Origin: Wolbachia endosymbiont of Cimex lectularius
GTDB taxonomy: Bacteria; Pseudomonadota; Alphaproteobacteria; Rickettsiales; Anaplasmataceae
Length of the DNA: 32,000 nucleotides
Assembly (NCBI RefSeq): GCF_000829315.1
Contig: NZ_AP013028.1
Coordinates: 1-32,000, forward strand
Direction of reading: 5' to 3'
Shown here one piece after another: positions 18,661 to 27,710 of the stretch. Positions within the stretch are counted from its first letter, which is position 1. Every line of letters starts with the position of its first letter. Both the position numbers and the translations under genes were made by a program. The notes under the pieces were generated by a model. The model was not told the origin of the DNA and did not search any database. It saw nothing but the letters and a program-made list of their open reading frames with translations.

Positions 18661-21264
18661 CTAAGTCAAGAGAAGTATATAACTCAACACTCCACCACTC
18701 ATTAAGTATTTCATCTCAGTTGCAGTTTGTACACAGCACTTAAGTTGAATGGATTGCTCTGAATTATCCTTTCTTTTTATGATAAATTCTAGATTTCCAT
18801 TTGGCACTATTTTACCTTTTATGCTTATTATCTCACTACCATCAAATATTTTTCTGGTTACTCCATCTTGAAATGCAAGCGGAAGAACACCCATACCGAC
18901 TAAGTTGGATCTGTGTATACGTTCAAAGCTTTCTGCAATTACAGCTTTAATTCCTAACAGCGCAGTACCCTTTGCTGCCCAGTCTCTGCTTGAACCTGTA
19001 CCATATTCTTTTCCTGCAACGACAACTAATGGAACAGCTTCTTCTTTATACCGCATTGCTGCATCAAAAATTGACATAGTCTCTTGAGAAGGAATGTGTT
19101 TTGTATAACCACCTTCATTGCTCACCATTTCGTTTCTTATTCTGATATTAGCAAAGGTTCCACGCATCATTACGTTGTGATTACCACGACGGGACCCATA
19201 TGAGTTGAAATCCTGTGGTTCAATTCCAAGACCTTTCAAATATATACCTGCAGGACTGTTTGAAGCAATATTTCCAGCAGGAGAAATGTGGTCAGTAGTT
19301 ACACTGTCGCCAAACATTGCCAGTATTCGCACACCCTTCATGTCGACCACGTTATTTTTATCATTCTCCATCGATAAATTATCAAAATAAGGAGGGTTTT
19401 GTATATAAGTGCTTTCCGTGTTCCAGTTGTAGATTTCACTTTTCTCACACTTTATCTTTTGCCAATGTTCGTCACCGGAGAAAACATTCTCATACTTTTG
19501 TATGAACATCTCACGCGTTACCACATTTTTAACACAATCTTCGATTTCACTGTTCGTTGGGCATATATCTTTGAGGTAAACGTCATTTCCATCCTTGTCT
19601 TTGCATATAGGATCTTTTGCTAAGTCAATCTGCACAGTACCTGCAAGTGCATACACAATAACAAGCGGTGGAGATGCTAAATAATTGGCTTTGACTAAAG
19701 GATGGATTCTTCCTTCAAAATTGCGATTACCAGATAAAACCGCGGCGACGGTTAAGTTTTTGCTTTTAATATCATTTTCTATATTTTTATTAAGCGGACC
19801 GGAATTTCCAATGCAGGTTGTGCAACCGTATCCAACCAAATTAAAGCCTAAAGCATTTAGATCTTGCTGTAGTCCTGATTTTTCTAAATATTCTGTTACA
19901 ACTTGTGATCCCGGGGCGAGAGAAGTTTTAACCCAAGGCTTTGATTTTATTCCAAGTTTAATCGCATTGCGAGCTACAAGACCAGCAGCAATCATCACAC
20001 TTGGGTTTGAGGTGTTGGTACAGCTTGTTATTGCTGCAATAACTACACTTCCATCTTGAAGTACATCACTTTCCTTTGACTCACTAATTGAAAATGATGT
20101 AGAAAAAGACTCTGCCACTTGTGAGAGAAAAACCTTATCTTGTGGTCTTTTTGGACCAGCCATTACTGGCTCCACGCTTGATAAATCAAGCTCTAGTACG
20201 TCAAAAAACGCCAACTCGTCACTGCTTCGCCACAGTCCTTGCTCTTTTGCATAGATTTCAACCAACTTAATCAGCTCTTCCGGCCTTCCGGTTAAGCTTA
20301 AATAATCTAGTGTTTTCTGATCAATAGGAAAAAACCCACAAGTTGCACCATACTCTGGAGCCATGTTGGCTATGGTTGCCCTATCTGCCACAGATAAATA
20401 ATCCAAACCATCACCATAAAATTCCACGAATTTGCCAACAACACCTTTTGTTCTTAAGATATTTGTGACTGTTAGCACTAGGTCAGTTGCAGTTACTCCT
20501 TCTGGAAGTTTTCCAATTAATTTAAATCCTATTACCTCTGGAATCACCATACTAATTGGCTGATCAAGCATCACAGATTCAGCTTCTATTCCCCCAACGC
20601 CCCAGCCAAGAACTGATAAGCTGTTGACCATAGTAGTGTGGCTGTCCGTGCCAACTAAGGTATCAGGATATACAACCCCATTATCGTTACATACAACTCG
20701 TGCTAAATACTCGATATTCACTTGGTGGCAAATTCCCGTGCCAGGCGGCACTACCCTAAAATTTGTGAAGGATGATTCGCCCCATTTCAAGAATTGATAT
20801 CTCTCCAAATTTCTTTTTACTTCCAGTTCAACGTTTTTACCAAATGCAGAAGCACTTGCATAACTATCTACTTGAACAGAATGGTCAATCACAAGATCAA
20901 CCGGTACAGACGGATTTATTTTGCTTGGATCACCTCCGCTTTTTTTCATATAACTACGCATTGACGCTAAATCGACAATAGCGGGAACTCCTGTAAAATC
21001 CTGCATCAATACCCTTGCTGGTTTGTAGCTAATTTCGTGATCAACGTGTTTCTCAACGCAACTTGCTAATGTTTTTATATCATCCAACTTTACGTTCGCT
21101 CCATCTTCGTTGCGCAATAAGTTCTCAAGCAATACCTTGAGCGAACAGGTTAATTTAGTTAGATCTATTCCTAAAAATCTACCAGCAGCGCTGAGGCTAA
21201 AGTAGCTATATGACTTTCCGTCAATGTTTAAAATTGTTTTTGAATTTAAAGAATTATTCATCAT
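18661..21264 (-). CDS. acnA: Aconitate hydratase A
   Basis: 867 aa with aconitase signatures (VGTDSHTTM, ITSCTNTSNP, GCTTCIGNSGP, SGNRNFEGR, YGTGSSRDWAAKG). Confidence 0.96.
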   Translation of the reverse strand: MMNNSLNSKTILNIDGKSYSYFSLSAAGRFLGIDLTKLTCSLKVLLENLLRNEDGANVKLDDIKTLASCVEKHVDHEISYKPARVLMQDFTGVPAIVDLASMRSYMKKSGGDPSKINPSVPVDLVIDHSVQVDSYASASAFGKNVELEVKRNLERYQFLKWGESSFTNFRVVPPGTGICHQVNIEYLARVVCNDNGVVYPDTLVGTDSHTTMVNSLSVLGWGVGGIEAESVMLDQPISMVIPEVIGFKLIGKLPEGVTATDLVLTVTNILRTKGVVGKFVEFYGDGLDYLSVADRATIANMAPEYGATCGFFPIDQKTLDYLSLTGRPEELIKLVEIYAKEQGLWRSSDELAFFDVLELDLSSVEPVMAGPKRPQDKVFLSQVAESFSTSFSISESKESDVLQDGSVVIAAITSCTNTSNPSVMIAAGLVARNAIKLGIKSKPWVKTSLAPGSQVVTEYLEKSGLQQDLNALGFNLVGYGCTTCIGNSGPLNKNIENDIKSKNLTVAAVLSGNRNFEGRIHPLVKANYLASPPLVIVYALAGTVQIDLAKDPICKDKDGNDVYLKDICPTNSEIEDCVKNVVTREMFIQKYENVFSGDEHWQKIKCEKSEIYNWNTESTYIQNPPYFDNLSMENDKNNVVDMKGVRILAMFGDSVTTDHISPAGNIASNSPAGIYLKGLGIEPQDFNSYGSRRGNHNVMMRGTFANIRIRNEMVSNEGGYTKHIPSQETMSIFDAAMRYKEEAVPLVVVAGKEYGTGSSRDWAAKGTALLGIKAVIAESFERIHRSNLVGMGVLPLAFQDGVTRKIFDGSEIISIKGKIVPNGNLEFIIKRKDNSEQSIQLKCCVQTATEMKYLMSGGVLSYILLLT

Positions 21265-21444
21265 GTATAACCATTATTTAAATGAAAAGACCCACAATCT
21301 TACCATTGCTGCAAAAACCTTAGGAATAAACATATTTAATCCTGATTGTCAATAGTAAACTGAGGCTAACCATTTTATGTCAAGTTTGATGAAAGCAAAA
21401 TAATTGCGATAGCTGGCTGGATTCAGATTTTTTAGCCATAGAAA

Positions 21445-21745
21445 AAAACTACTTGACAACCTTCATCAATCCCCCTATCATAGTATTGTGGGTGTTTAAA
21501 GCCTAAAATTTATCTTTAATCTTAGTATTAAGTGACAAAAGCACAGTATAAAACAAGGCGTGTTATGTTTAATTTTTGCAGCATGGACACTGCATGTCTT
21601 TATAATTTTTTGTCTACATTAGCTGGACCTCGCTTATTAAGCGGTGTAAGAGAGAACCGGACGCCAAGTTTTTGAGAGAACAGTAAACAACTCACATTGC
21701 GGGGTTTCTTTTGTCTTTTTTTTAAGTTAGTTAAAAATTTAACCA
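21445..21745 (+). repeat. Promoter-bearing modular repeat, copy D (diverged)
   Basis: aaaaaactacttgacaa with TTGACA at 21453-21458, N17, TATCAT at 21476-21481. Diverged body, 3' module acgccaag...ggggtttcttttgtc + T-run. Confidence 0.75.
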
Positions 21746-21763
21746 ATCTCATTTTTTTCACAA

Positions 21764-21912
21764 AAAAACTGCTTGACAAGTTTCGACATTTCCCTTACCA
21801 TAAATTATGGGTATTTACAACCCCAAGGTCAGCTACTTGTCAAGCGTATAGAGCATTAACGCCAAGTTATTAAAATAGATATTGGCCAGGGCTTCTTTTG
21901 CCTTTTTTTAGC
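21764..21912 (+). repeat. Promoter-bearing modular repeat, copy E (short: promoter module + one 3' module)
   Basis: TTGACA at 21773-21778, N17, TACCAT at 21796-21801. 3' module aacgccaag...gggcttcttttgcc + T-run. Also has an 11-bp inverted repeat, 21771-21781 with 21835-21845. Confidence 0.7.
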
Positions 21913-22048
21913 CTTGCTACTCGTTAGCGCCACGTTAACTAATCACACGGGATTGTGCAGTAGGCCTAGCTTAACATAAAAATTTTGACTTTTTGAAATT
22001 TTTTTATTACACTCGAGTATAGTTCACCATTAGCAAGGGGTAGTTATT

Positions 22049-23356
22049 ATGAAAAAAGAAGAAGCTTTAAAAATATTAGGTTTTAGCGAGGGTGCTAATC
22101 CTGATGATGAATATGAAATTAGAAAAGCATATAGAAAATTAGCCCTAAAATATCATCCTGATAGACATTCAGGTGCAAGTAAGGATGTGCAAAAACAAAA
22201 CGAAGAGAAATTTAAAGAATTAGATGCTGCATATAAATTTTTTACTGGAGAAGATGCAAAAGAGGTTACAAATCTAATCAACAAAAATTTAGATGACATT
22301 AGGTCCCCTGAAGATTTGAAGTTTTACTTATATAAGGCTCTCTGCAATCAAGATATAGCGTTTCTTAAAAAGCTTTTTTCCAAATTCAAAAGCAGTAAGG
22401 GTGGAGAATTTGGTGATTACATCAATGAAATGCATTTCGAAAATTACTTGCCATTGACGATTGCTTTATTTGGCGCTAGAGATTCAGGGGATTTTAGTCT
22501 TTTGAACCTACTTTTAACAAATGGTGCTAATCCTAACATAAAAGTATATTATGACGAAACGCCATTATATTGTATCGGAATTCTTGAAGACAGTAGAATT
22601 GTGGAGCTACTGTTAAAACATGGCGCTAACCCTGATATAAAAAATGAGAGTGGTGGCACTCCATTAATTGTGGCTTCTGGTAAAGGGTATTATGAAACTG
22701 CCAAAATACTTTTGGAATACAAGGCTGATCTTAATATACAAGATAAGTATGGTAATACTCCATTAAGTAAAGCGTCTTTTAGGGGGCATTATAAAATTGT
22801 AGAACTGCTTTTGAAGCATGGTGCTGGTAAAGAAAGCGAAAGTGTCAATAAAGCACTACTTGAAGCAGTGCGATTTCATGAACATGGGCATGATAAGGAA
22901 AAAACCGTGGAACTACTCCTAAAGTATGGTGCAAATCCTAATGAAAAGAATTACCACATGAGATTAATAGAACGTGCTCCATATTTCGCTAATAGTGGGA
23001 TAATAAATTGCATTAAGAAGATTGTTTTGCCATATGGCAGCAATGACAAAGTTAAAAAGTTGATGGCTGAATACGGTGGCGTTGATAGATGCTATCTACG
23101 TGATCAAACGATACTGACTTGCTGTTGCCTGATAGTAGCTTCTGCTACTTTGTTTAGTATGGCTTCTCCTTGGCGTTATATACCGACAACGATATTTACA
23201 CTTGCCGCATGTTTTTTCGTTAAAAATGCTGTACAGTCAGCATTTTTTGCAAAAACAAAAGAACCTTCTCCTGAGTTTGCTGAAGTTATTACTGAAAAAG
23301 CTGTTGGGTCAAATGCCAAGGACAATTCTCAAGAAATCAATAGTGCATTAGTTTAA
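22049..23356 (+). CDS. J-domain (DnaJ-like) + ankyrin-repeat protein with C-terminal hydrophobic segments
   Basis: 435 aa. N-terminal J domain with HPD (AYRKLALKYHPDRH). At least 4 ankyrin repeats (TPLxxA...ELLLKHGANPD/N). Two hydrophobic stretches near the C-terminus (ILTCCCLIVASATLFSMA, IPTTIFTLAACFFV). AAGGGG ribosome-binding site upstream. Confidence 0.85.
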   Translation: MKKEEALKILGFSEGANPDDEYEIRKAYRKLALKYHPDRHSGASKDVQKQNEEKFKELDAAYKFFTGEDAKEVTNLINKNLDDIRSPEDLKFYLYKALCNQDIAFLKKLFSKFKSSKGGEFGDYINEMHFENYLPLTIALFGARDSGDFSLLNLLLTNGANPNIKVYYDETPLYCIGILEDSRIVELLLKHGANPDIKNESGGTPLIVASGKGYYETAKILLEYKADLNIQDKYGNTPLSKASFRGHYKIVELLLKHGAGKESESVNKALLEAVRFHEHGHDKEKTVELLLKYGANPNEKNYHMRLIERAPYFANSGIINCIKKIVLPYGSNDKVKKLMAEYGGVDRCYLRDQTILTCCCLIVASATLFSMASPWRYIPTTIFTLAACFFVKNAVQSAFFAKTKEPSPEFAEVITEKAVGSNAKDNSQEINSALV

Positions 23357-23359
23357 CCA

Positions 23360-23880
23360 ACAACTGCACGAACATTATGATTTAAGATTAATCTCAACCA
23401 GGAAGGATGTCATTCCAGCGCGTGACGCACATCTGTACGAACATTGTGCTACTAGGAGGGTGTCATGCCAGTGCTTAACACTGGCATCCAGGAATTTTAT
23501 TAAGTTGGTGAGTATAAAAGTAGCTGTTTTATGTTAAAATACGACGTTTTAATGATTATGGAAATGGTGGATCCCAGTGTCGGAGCACTGGGATGACACC
23601 GTCTGTTAAGCAAATTACCTGCTAATTGCAATGTTCGTACAGTTGTGTGCTTGATCACTGGCATCCAGAAATTTTATCAAGTAGGTGAGCATAAAAGTTG
23701 TGTTAAAATGCACCATTTTTATGGAAAACTAGATCCCAGTATCAAGTACTGGGATGACAAAAAAGGAAGCGCTGGAATGACAAGAAATGGAGGCGTTGAG
23801 ATGACAGGAAGGGGCTACTTATATAACACCTTCCGGTGAGAGTTGCTCTCAAACTGCAATGTTTGTACAGTTGTAGAACG
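23360..23880. repeat. Nest of palindromic/hairpin MITE-like repeats
   Basis: Hairpins gccagtg/cactggc (23467-23487) and atcccagtg/cactgggat (23571-23594). Inverted pairs tgtcattccagcgc (23408-23421) with gcgctggaatgaca (23770-23783), and ctgtacgaacattg (23433-23446) with caatgttcgtacag (23629-23642). Confidence 0.85.
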
Positions 23881-23966
23881 GCAGTATGATGTAGAGTGAA
23901 TAGCTTAACCATAAGGTGACAGAATTTTAAGAAAGCCCTATTATAGATAAACAATTTTACACATGT

Positions 23967-26015
23967 ATGAGTCTCAACGAGCAACCAGATGTGTTGGCCT
24001 TTCTAAATGGCAAGCTGGAGAATATACCTAAGTTTCATTCCATAATATTGCCTAAACTTTGTGGTGGAGATAGAGTAATGGACCTGCTGTTTTACAGGCC
24101 ACACAGTTATGTAGATAGAAGTAAATCGCTACTTGATGCTCAAGTTGGAGAACTTACAACTTTCACAGCAAAAGTTCATGAACATCAGCCACCCACTTTT
24201 AGGGGTAGGCCATATAAAATAGTCGTTAAAGGCGAAAGTCAGTATATATTCATAGTCTTTTTTAATTACTCAGTTAAATATTTATATAAATCATTTCCAA
24301 TTGGAGCCCATGTAATCATCAGTGGTAAACTTGACAAATTTGCTGGATATTGGCAAATTACTCACCCAGATTACGTATCGCTTAACATCGACCAATTTGA
24401 AGAGATAGCTCGCATAGAGCCGGTTTACCAATTATGTTGCGGCATTACTAACAAGAGTATTAAAAACATAATAAATTCCAATCTAAAAGAATTGCCTGAT
24501 TTGCCAGAGTGGATAGATGGTACATTAATCGAGCAAAAAAAATGGCTGAGTTGGAGAGAAAGCATTATAAAGCTGCACAGACCAAGGTCATTGGCAGAAG
24601 CGGAAGTTTGTCGGAAAAGGCTTGCCTATGATGAATTGTTTGCGTATCAACTAGCACTAAAGCTTGCAAGAGAAAATCACGTAAGAAAAGAGAGAAGAGA
24701 ATTTACAATATCTAATAAATATAAAGAGCAAGTTTTAAATGGATTGTCGTTCCAATTAACAAACGATCAAATTCGTGCAATAGATGAAATTTCTGAGAGA
24801 CAAAAATCCAAATACCGCATGGTAAGCTTGCTACAAGGTGATGTCGGTAGTGGCAAGACCGTGGTTGCACTTTTTACGATGCTGAGTGTGGTGGAAAACA
24901 ACATGCAGGCAGCTCTAATGGCACCAACTACTATCTTAGCAGAGCAACATTATAATTGGATCGAAGAGGCTTTATCTTGCACCGATATAAAAGTTGCTCT
25001 GCTTACTGGTAAAACTACGCGCAAAGAAAGAAAGACTATCATGAACGAACTTGCAAGTGGTATTTTAAATATAGTGGTTGGCACTCATGCATTGTTTCAA
25101 GCTAACGTTACATTTAAAAATTTAGGGCTTGCAGTCATAGACGAACAACAGCGGTTTGGGGTGATGCAGAGAAATCGTTTGGTAGGAAAGGGAGAAAATA
25201 CCGACATACTTTTTGTTACTGCCACTCCTATCCCAAGGACTTTGCAGCAAGCCATGTATGGCGATGTTGAATGCTCCGTTTTAAGGGAAAAACCAAAATC
25301 CAGGTTGCCAATAAAAACTGTTACTATGAACACCAAGAGGGTACCAGATATTATTGAAAGGCTCAAGGATGCTGTAAATAGGAGCGAAAAAGCATATTGG
25401 ATTTGTCCATATATAGAAGAAAACGAAGAACTAAATATTGTTGCAGCAGAGATGCGCTTTCAGGAATTGCAAAAAACATTTTTTGATAAAGTTGGAATAA
25501 TACACGGAAAACTAACTCAAGATCAGAAAGATCAAGCCATGTTTTCTTTCAAAAGAAATGAATTTTCCCTCCTAGTTGCAACAACTGTAATAGAAGTTGG
25601 TATAGATGTACCAGATGCAACCATTATGATTATAGAAAATGCAGAGCAATTTGGGTTATCGCAGTTACATCAGTTGAGAGGTAGGGTAGGGCGAGGAAGT
25701 AAGCCATCTTTTTGCGTATTACTATACGATAATCTAAGCAAAAGCTCATCTTCGAAGTTAAAGATCATGTGTGAGTCACAAGATGGATTTCACATTGCTG
25801 AGAAGGACATGATGCTGAGAGGCAGCGGAGATATCTTAGGCATAAAACAATCAGGATGCATGGAGTTTAAATTTAATGACTTATATAAAGATAGAGAGCT
25901 ACTCAACCTTGCATACAATAATGCGAAAGGTGCAATTGCTGAGAATAAATCTTTTGAACTACTACTTGATATATTTGAATATAGAAGTAGATTACATTTT
26001 TCAAAATTTCAGTGA
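23967..26015 (+). CDS. recG: ATP-dependent DNA helicase RecG
   Basis: 682 aa. Wedge/OB N-terminus, SF2 helicase motifs (GDVGSGKT, VIDEQQRFG, TATPIPRT, QLRGRVGRG). Confidence 0.95.
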   Translation: MSLNEQPDVLAFLNGKLENIPKFHSIILPKLCGGDRVMDLLFYRPHSYVDRSKSLLDAQVGELTTFTAKVHEHQPPTFRGRPYKIVVKGESQYIFIVFFNYSVKYLYKSFPIGAHVIISGKLDKFAGYWQITHPDYVSLNIDQFEEIARIEPVYQLCCGITNKSIKNIINSNLKELPDLPEWIDGTLIEQKKWLSWRESIIKLHRPRSLAEAEVCRKRLAYDELFAYQLALKLARENHVRKERREFTISNKYKEQVLNGLSFQLTNDQIRAIDEISERQKSKYRMVSLLQGDVGSGKTVVALFTMLSVVENNMQAALMAPTTILAEQHYNWIEEALSCTDIKVALLTGKTTRKERKTIMNELASGILNIVVGTHALFQANVTFKNLGLAVIDEQQRFGVMQRNRLVGKGENTDILFVTATPIPRTLQQAMYGDVECSVLREKPKSRLPIKTVTMNTKRVPDIIERLKDAVNRSEKAYWICPYIEENEELNIVAAEMRFQELQKTFFDKVGIIHGKLTQDQKDQAMFSFKRNEFSLLVATTVIEVGIDVPDATIMIIENAEQFGLSQLHQLRGRVGRGSKPSFCVLLYDNLSKSSSSKLKIMCESQDGFHIAEKDMMLRGSGDILGIKQSGCMEFKFNDLYKDRELLNLAYNNAKGAIAENKSFELLLDIFEYRSRLHFSKFQ

Positions 26016-26082
26016 ACTTCTCACATAGCCATATGAAAAATCAGTAATCCACTCTCTATATCATTCCGGCGCCCCTTCTTCT

Positions 26083-26290
26083 GTCATTCCAGCGCGTGAC
26101 GCACAACTGTACGAACATTGTGATTTGAGCCTACCACTAGGGTGTCATGCCAGTGTCAAGCACTGGCATCCAGGAATTTTATTAAGTTGGTGAGTATAAA
26201 AGTAGCTGTTTTATGTTAAAATACGACGTTTTGATGATTATGGAAATGGTGGATCCCAGTGTCGGAGCACTGGGATGACACCGTCTGTTA
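26083..26290. repeat. Second copy of the 23408-23608 palindromic element, cut by IS copy 2
   Basis: Near-identical by eye to 23408-23608. Both run to ...caccgtctgTTA. The paralog continues agcaaattacc, whereas here the IS begins. Confidence 0.85.
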
Positions 26291-26298
26291 GAACCTGT

Positions 26299-26820
26299 TT
26301 AAAATCTTCGTAACAGGAGAGAAATGAAGGAGAGGACTATCATCTGTAAGCTAGTGTTGAGCTTCCGCTCGCAATTTTTCCACAATCGCCTGCACTTTTC
26401 TAACCAGGCAAAAGAGCGTTCAACAACCCATCTTTTTGGCAATACGACGAAAGTGTGTAACTCACTTCGCTTTATTACTTCAACAGTCGCACCAATGATA
26501 GCTTTTATTTGTGTTGCAAAATTTTCTCCTGTGTAGCCAGCATCAACCAGTATGTTTTTAACTTCAGAGAGGTTTGCTTTAGCATTTTCGACCATTTTCA
26601 CAGCACTGCTACGGTCAGTTGCTTCTGCCGTTGTTACATAAATTGCATGTGGCAAACCTTGTGTATCAACTGCAATATGGCGCTTTATCCCTGAAATCTT
26701 TTTACCTGCATCATAGCCTTTTTTTTCAGCAGTATCTGCGTTTTTAACGCTTTGAGAATCAATTATACAAAAGCTAGTTTTCTCTTTCCGACCATTGCTG
26801 ATACGGACCTCTCCAACTAA
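26299..26820 (-). CDS. IS5-family transposase, catalytic part (orfB), copy 2
   Basis: Mirror of 13273-13794. The same homopolymer appears as T8 on the plus strand at 26821-26828. Confidence 0.75.
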   Translation of the reverse strand, partial: LVGEVRISNGRKEKTSFCIIDSQSVKNADTAEKKGYDAGKKISGIKRHIAVDTQGLPHAIYVTTAEATDRSSAVKMVENAKANLSEVKNILVDAGYTGENFATQIKAIIGATVEVIKRSELHTFVVLPKRWVVERSFAWLEKCRRLWKNCERKLNTSLQMIVLSFISLLLRRF

Positions 26821-27094
26821 TTTTTTTTAAGACTAATTCCAACAAGCTTGGCTCTTCTCCATTCTTTTTACTCCACACTCGAAAATAGTAATATACGCTT
26901 TCCCATCTTGGAAAACCCTTTGGTAACATCCTCCACTGACAACCACTTTTTAAGACGTACAACACCCCACAAAATACGTCATACAAATCAAGTTTTCTTG
27001 GTTTTGTTTTCTGCTTGCTACTCTCCAAAATTGGCCTGATTTTTTCAAACTGCTCTTGACTTATATTACTTGGATAACTTTTCTGCATAGACAC
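26774..27094 (-). CDS. IS5-family transposase, N-terminal part (orfA), copy 2
   Basis: Translation identical to 12999-13319. Confidence 0.85.
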   Translation of the reverse strand: MSMQKSYPSNISQEQFEKIRPILESSKQKTKPRKLDLYDVFCGVLYVLKSGCQWRMLPKGFPRWESVYYYFRVWSKKNGEEPSLLELVLKKISWRGPYQQWSEREN

Positions 27095-27150
27095 CTCATT
27101 ATTAATCTATGCTTACTTTACCTCACATTTCCAAGATTTTAAACAGGTTC

Positions 27151-27557
27151 TAAAACTTGAGGATTAGCCTCTTGCTTGTCTCACTTTGCATCAAATCGAC
27201 TGGTTCCTGCAGTTCCTTATTAAAGCCCAGATCAGACTCACGCCACCTTTATGCCGAACACCGCCTACACAGTAATCAGGTTCCCTGTACGCTTTTAAGA
27301 GGAGAATGACTCACCCCTCCTTTCGATGTTCACTTCCAATTTCGACACGTTCATCAGTGGTTCACTCACGTTCGTCTTTCTGATCCACACCTTCCAGCTT
27401 ATATGCTGACTTTTCCTTAACGCTCATGACCCTATCTCTTAAATAGAGCCACTTAAGGTGGGTTGAAACCTGCTCCTGAAAACCGATTTCGAAGGACCTT
27501 CCTTCATCTTCAATAAAGCTTCTCACAAACATTATTCTGCTTGTTGCTGCAGCACAC
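27151..27557 (-). other. Possible 5' fragment (domain I-like) of a group II intron, truncated at the IS
   Basis: No ORF of 60 aa or more in any frame, and visibly more GC-rich than other spacers. The minus-strand read begins GTGTG (27557-27553). It contains stretches resembling group II domain I as I recall it (acagggaacc, aaaggtggcgtgagtc, cgaaaggagg), with no RT ORF following. Not verified. Confidence 0.35.
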
Positions 27558-27710
27558 CATCATTTTTAGGGTCGAGAAATTTTGAGAAAGCCACGACTAT
27601 AGTACTTAAAAATATTAATAATTATACACAATTCTGTAGAAATATTCAATCTTTTTGTTTCGGATGTATTGGCCTACGAACCCAAGCCTCATCTTGAATT
27701 GCAACTATAT

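Larger units (their letters stand above)
26291..27150 (-). mobile_element. IS5-family insertion sequence (ISWpi1-like), copy 2, inverted relative to copy 1
   Basis: Every stretch I compared (both ends, the middle, all ORF translations) matches the reverse complement of 12943-13802. Plus-strand flanks are TTA (26288-26290) and TAA (27151-27153). Confidence 0.9.

Noticed and set aside
12940-27153. Using the IS target triplets to decide whether the 12.5-kb block has inverted.
   Set aside because: The present arrangement gives TTA/TTA and TTA/TAA. The hypothetical un-inverted arrangement gives TTA/TAA and TAA/TAA. There is one match and one mismatch either way, and TTA is the reverse complement of TAA, so the test is uninformative.
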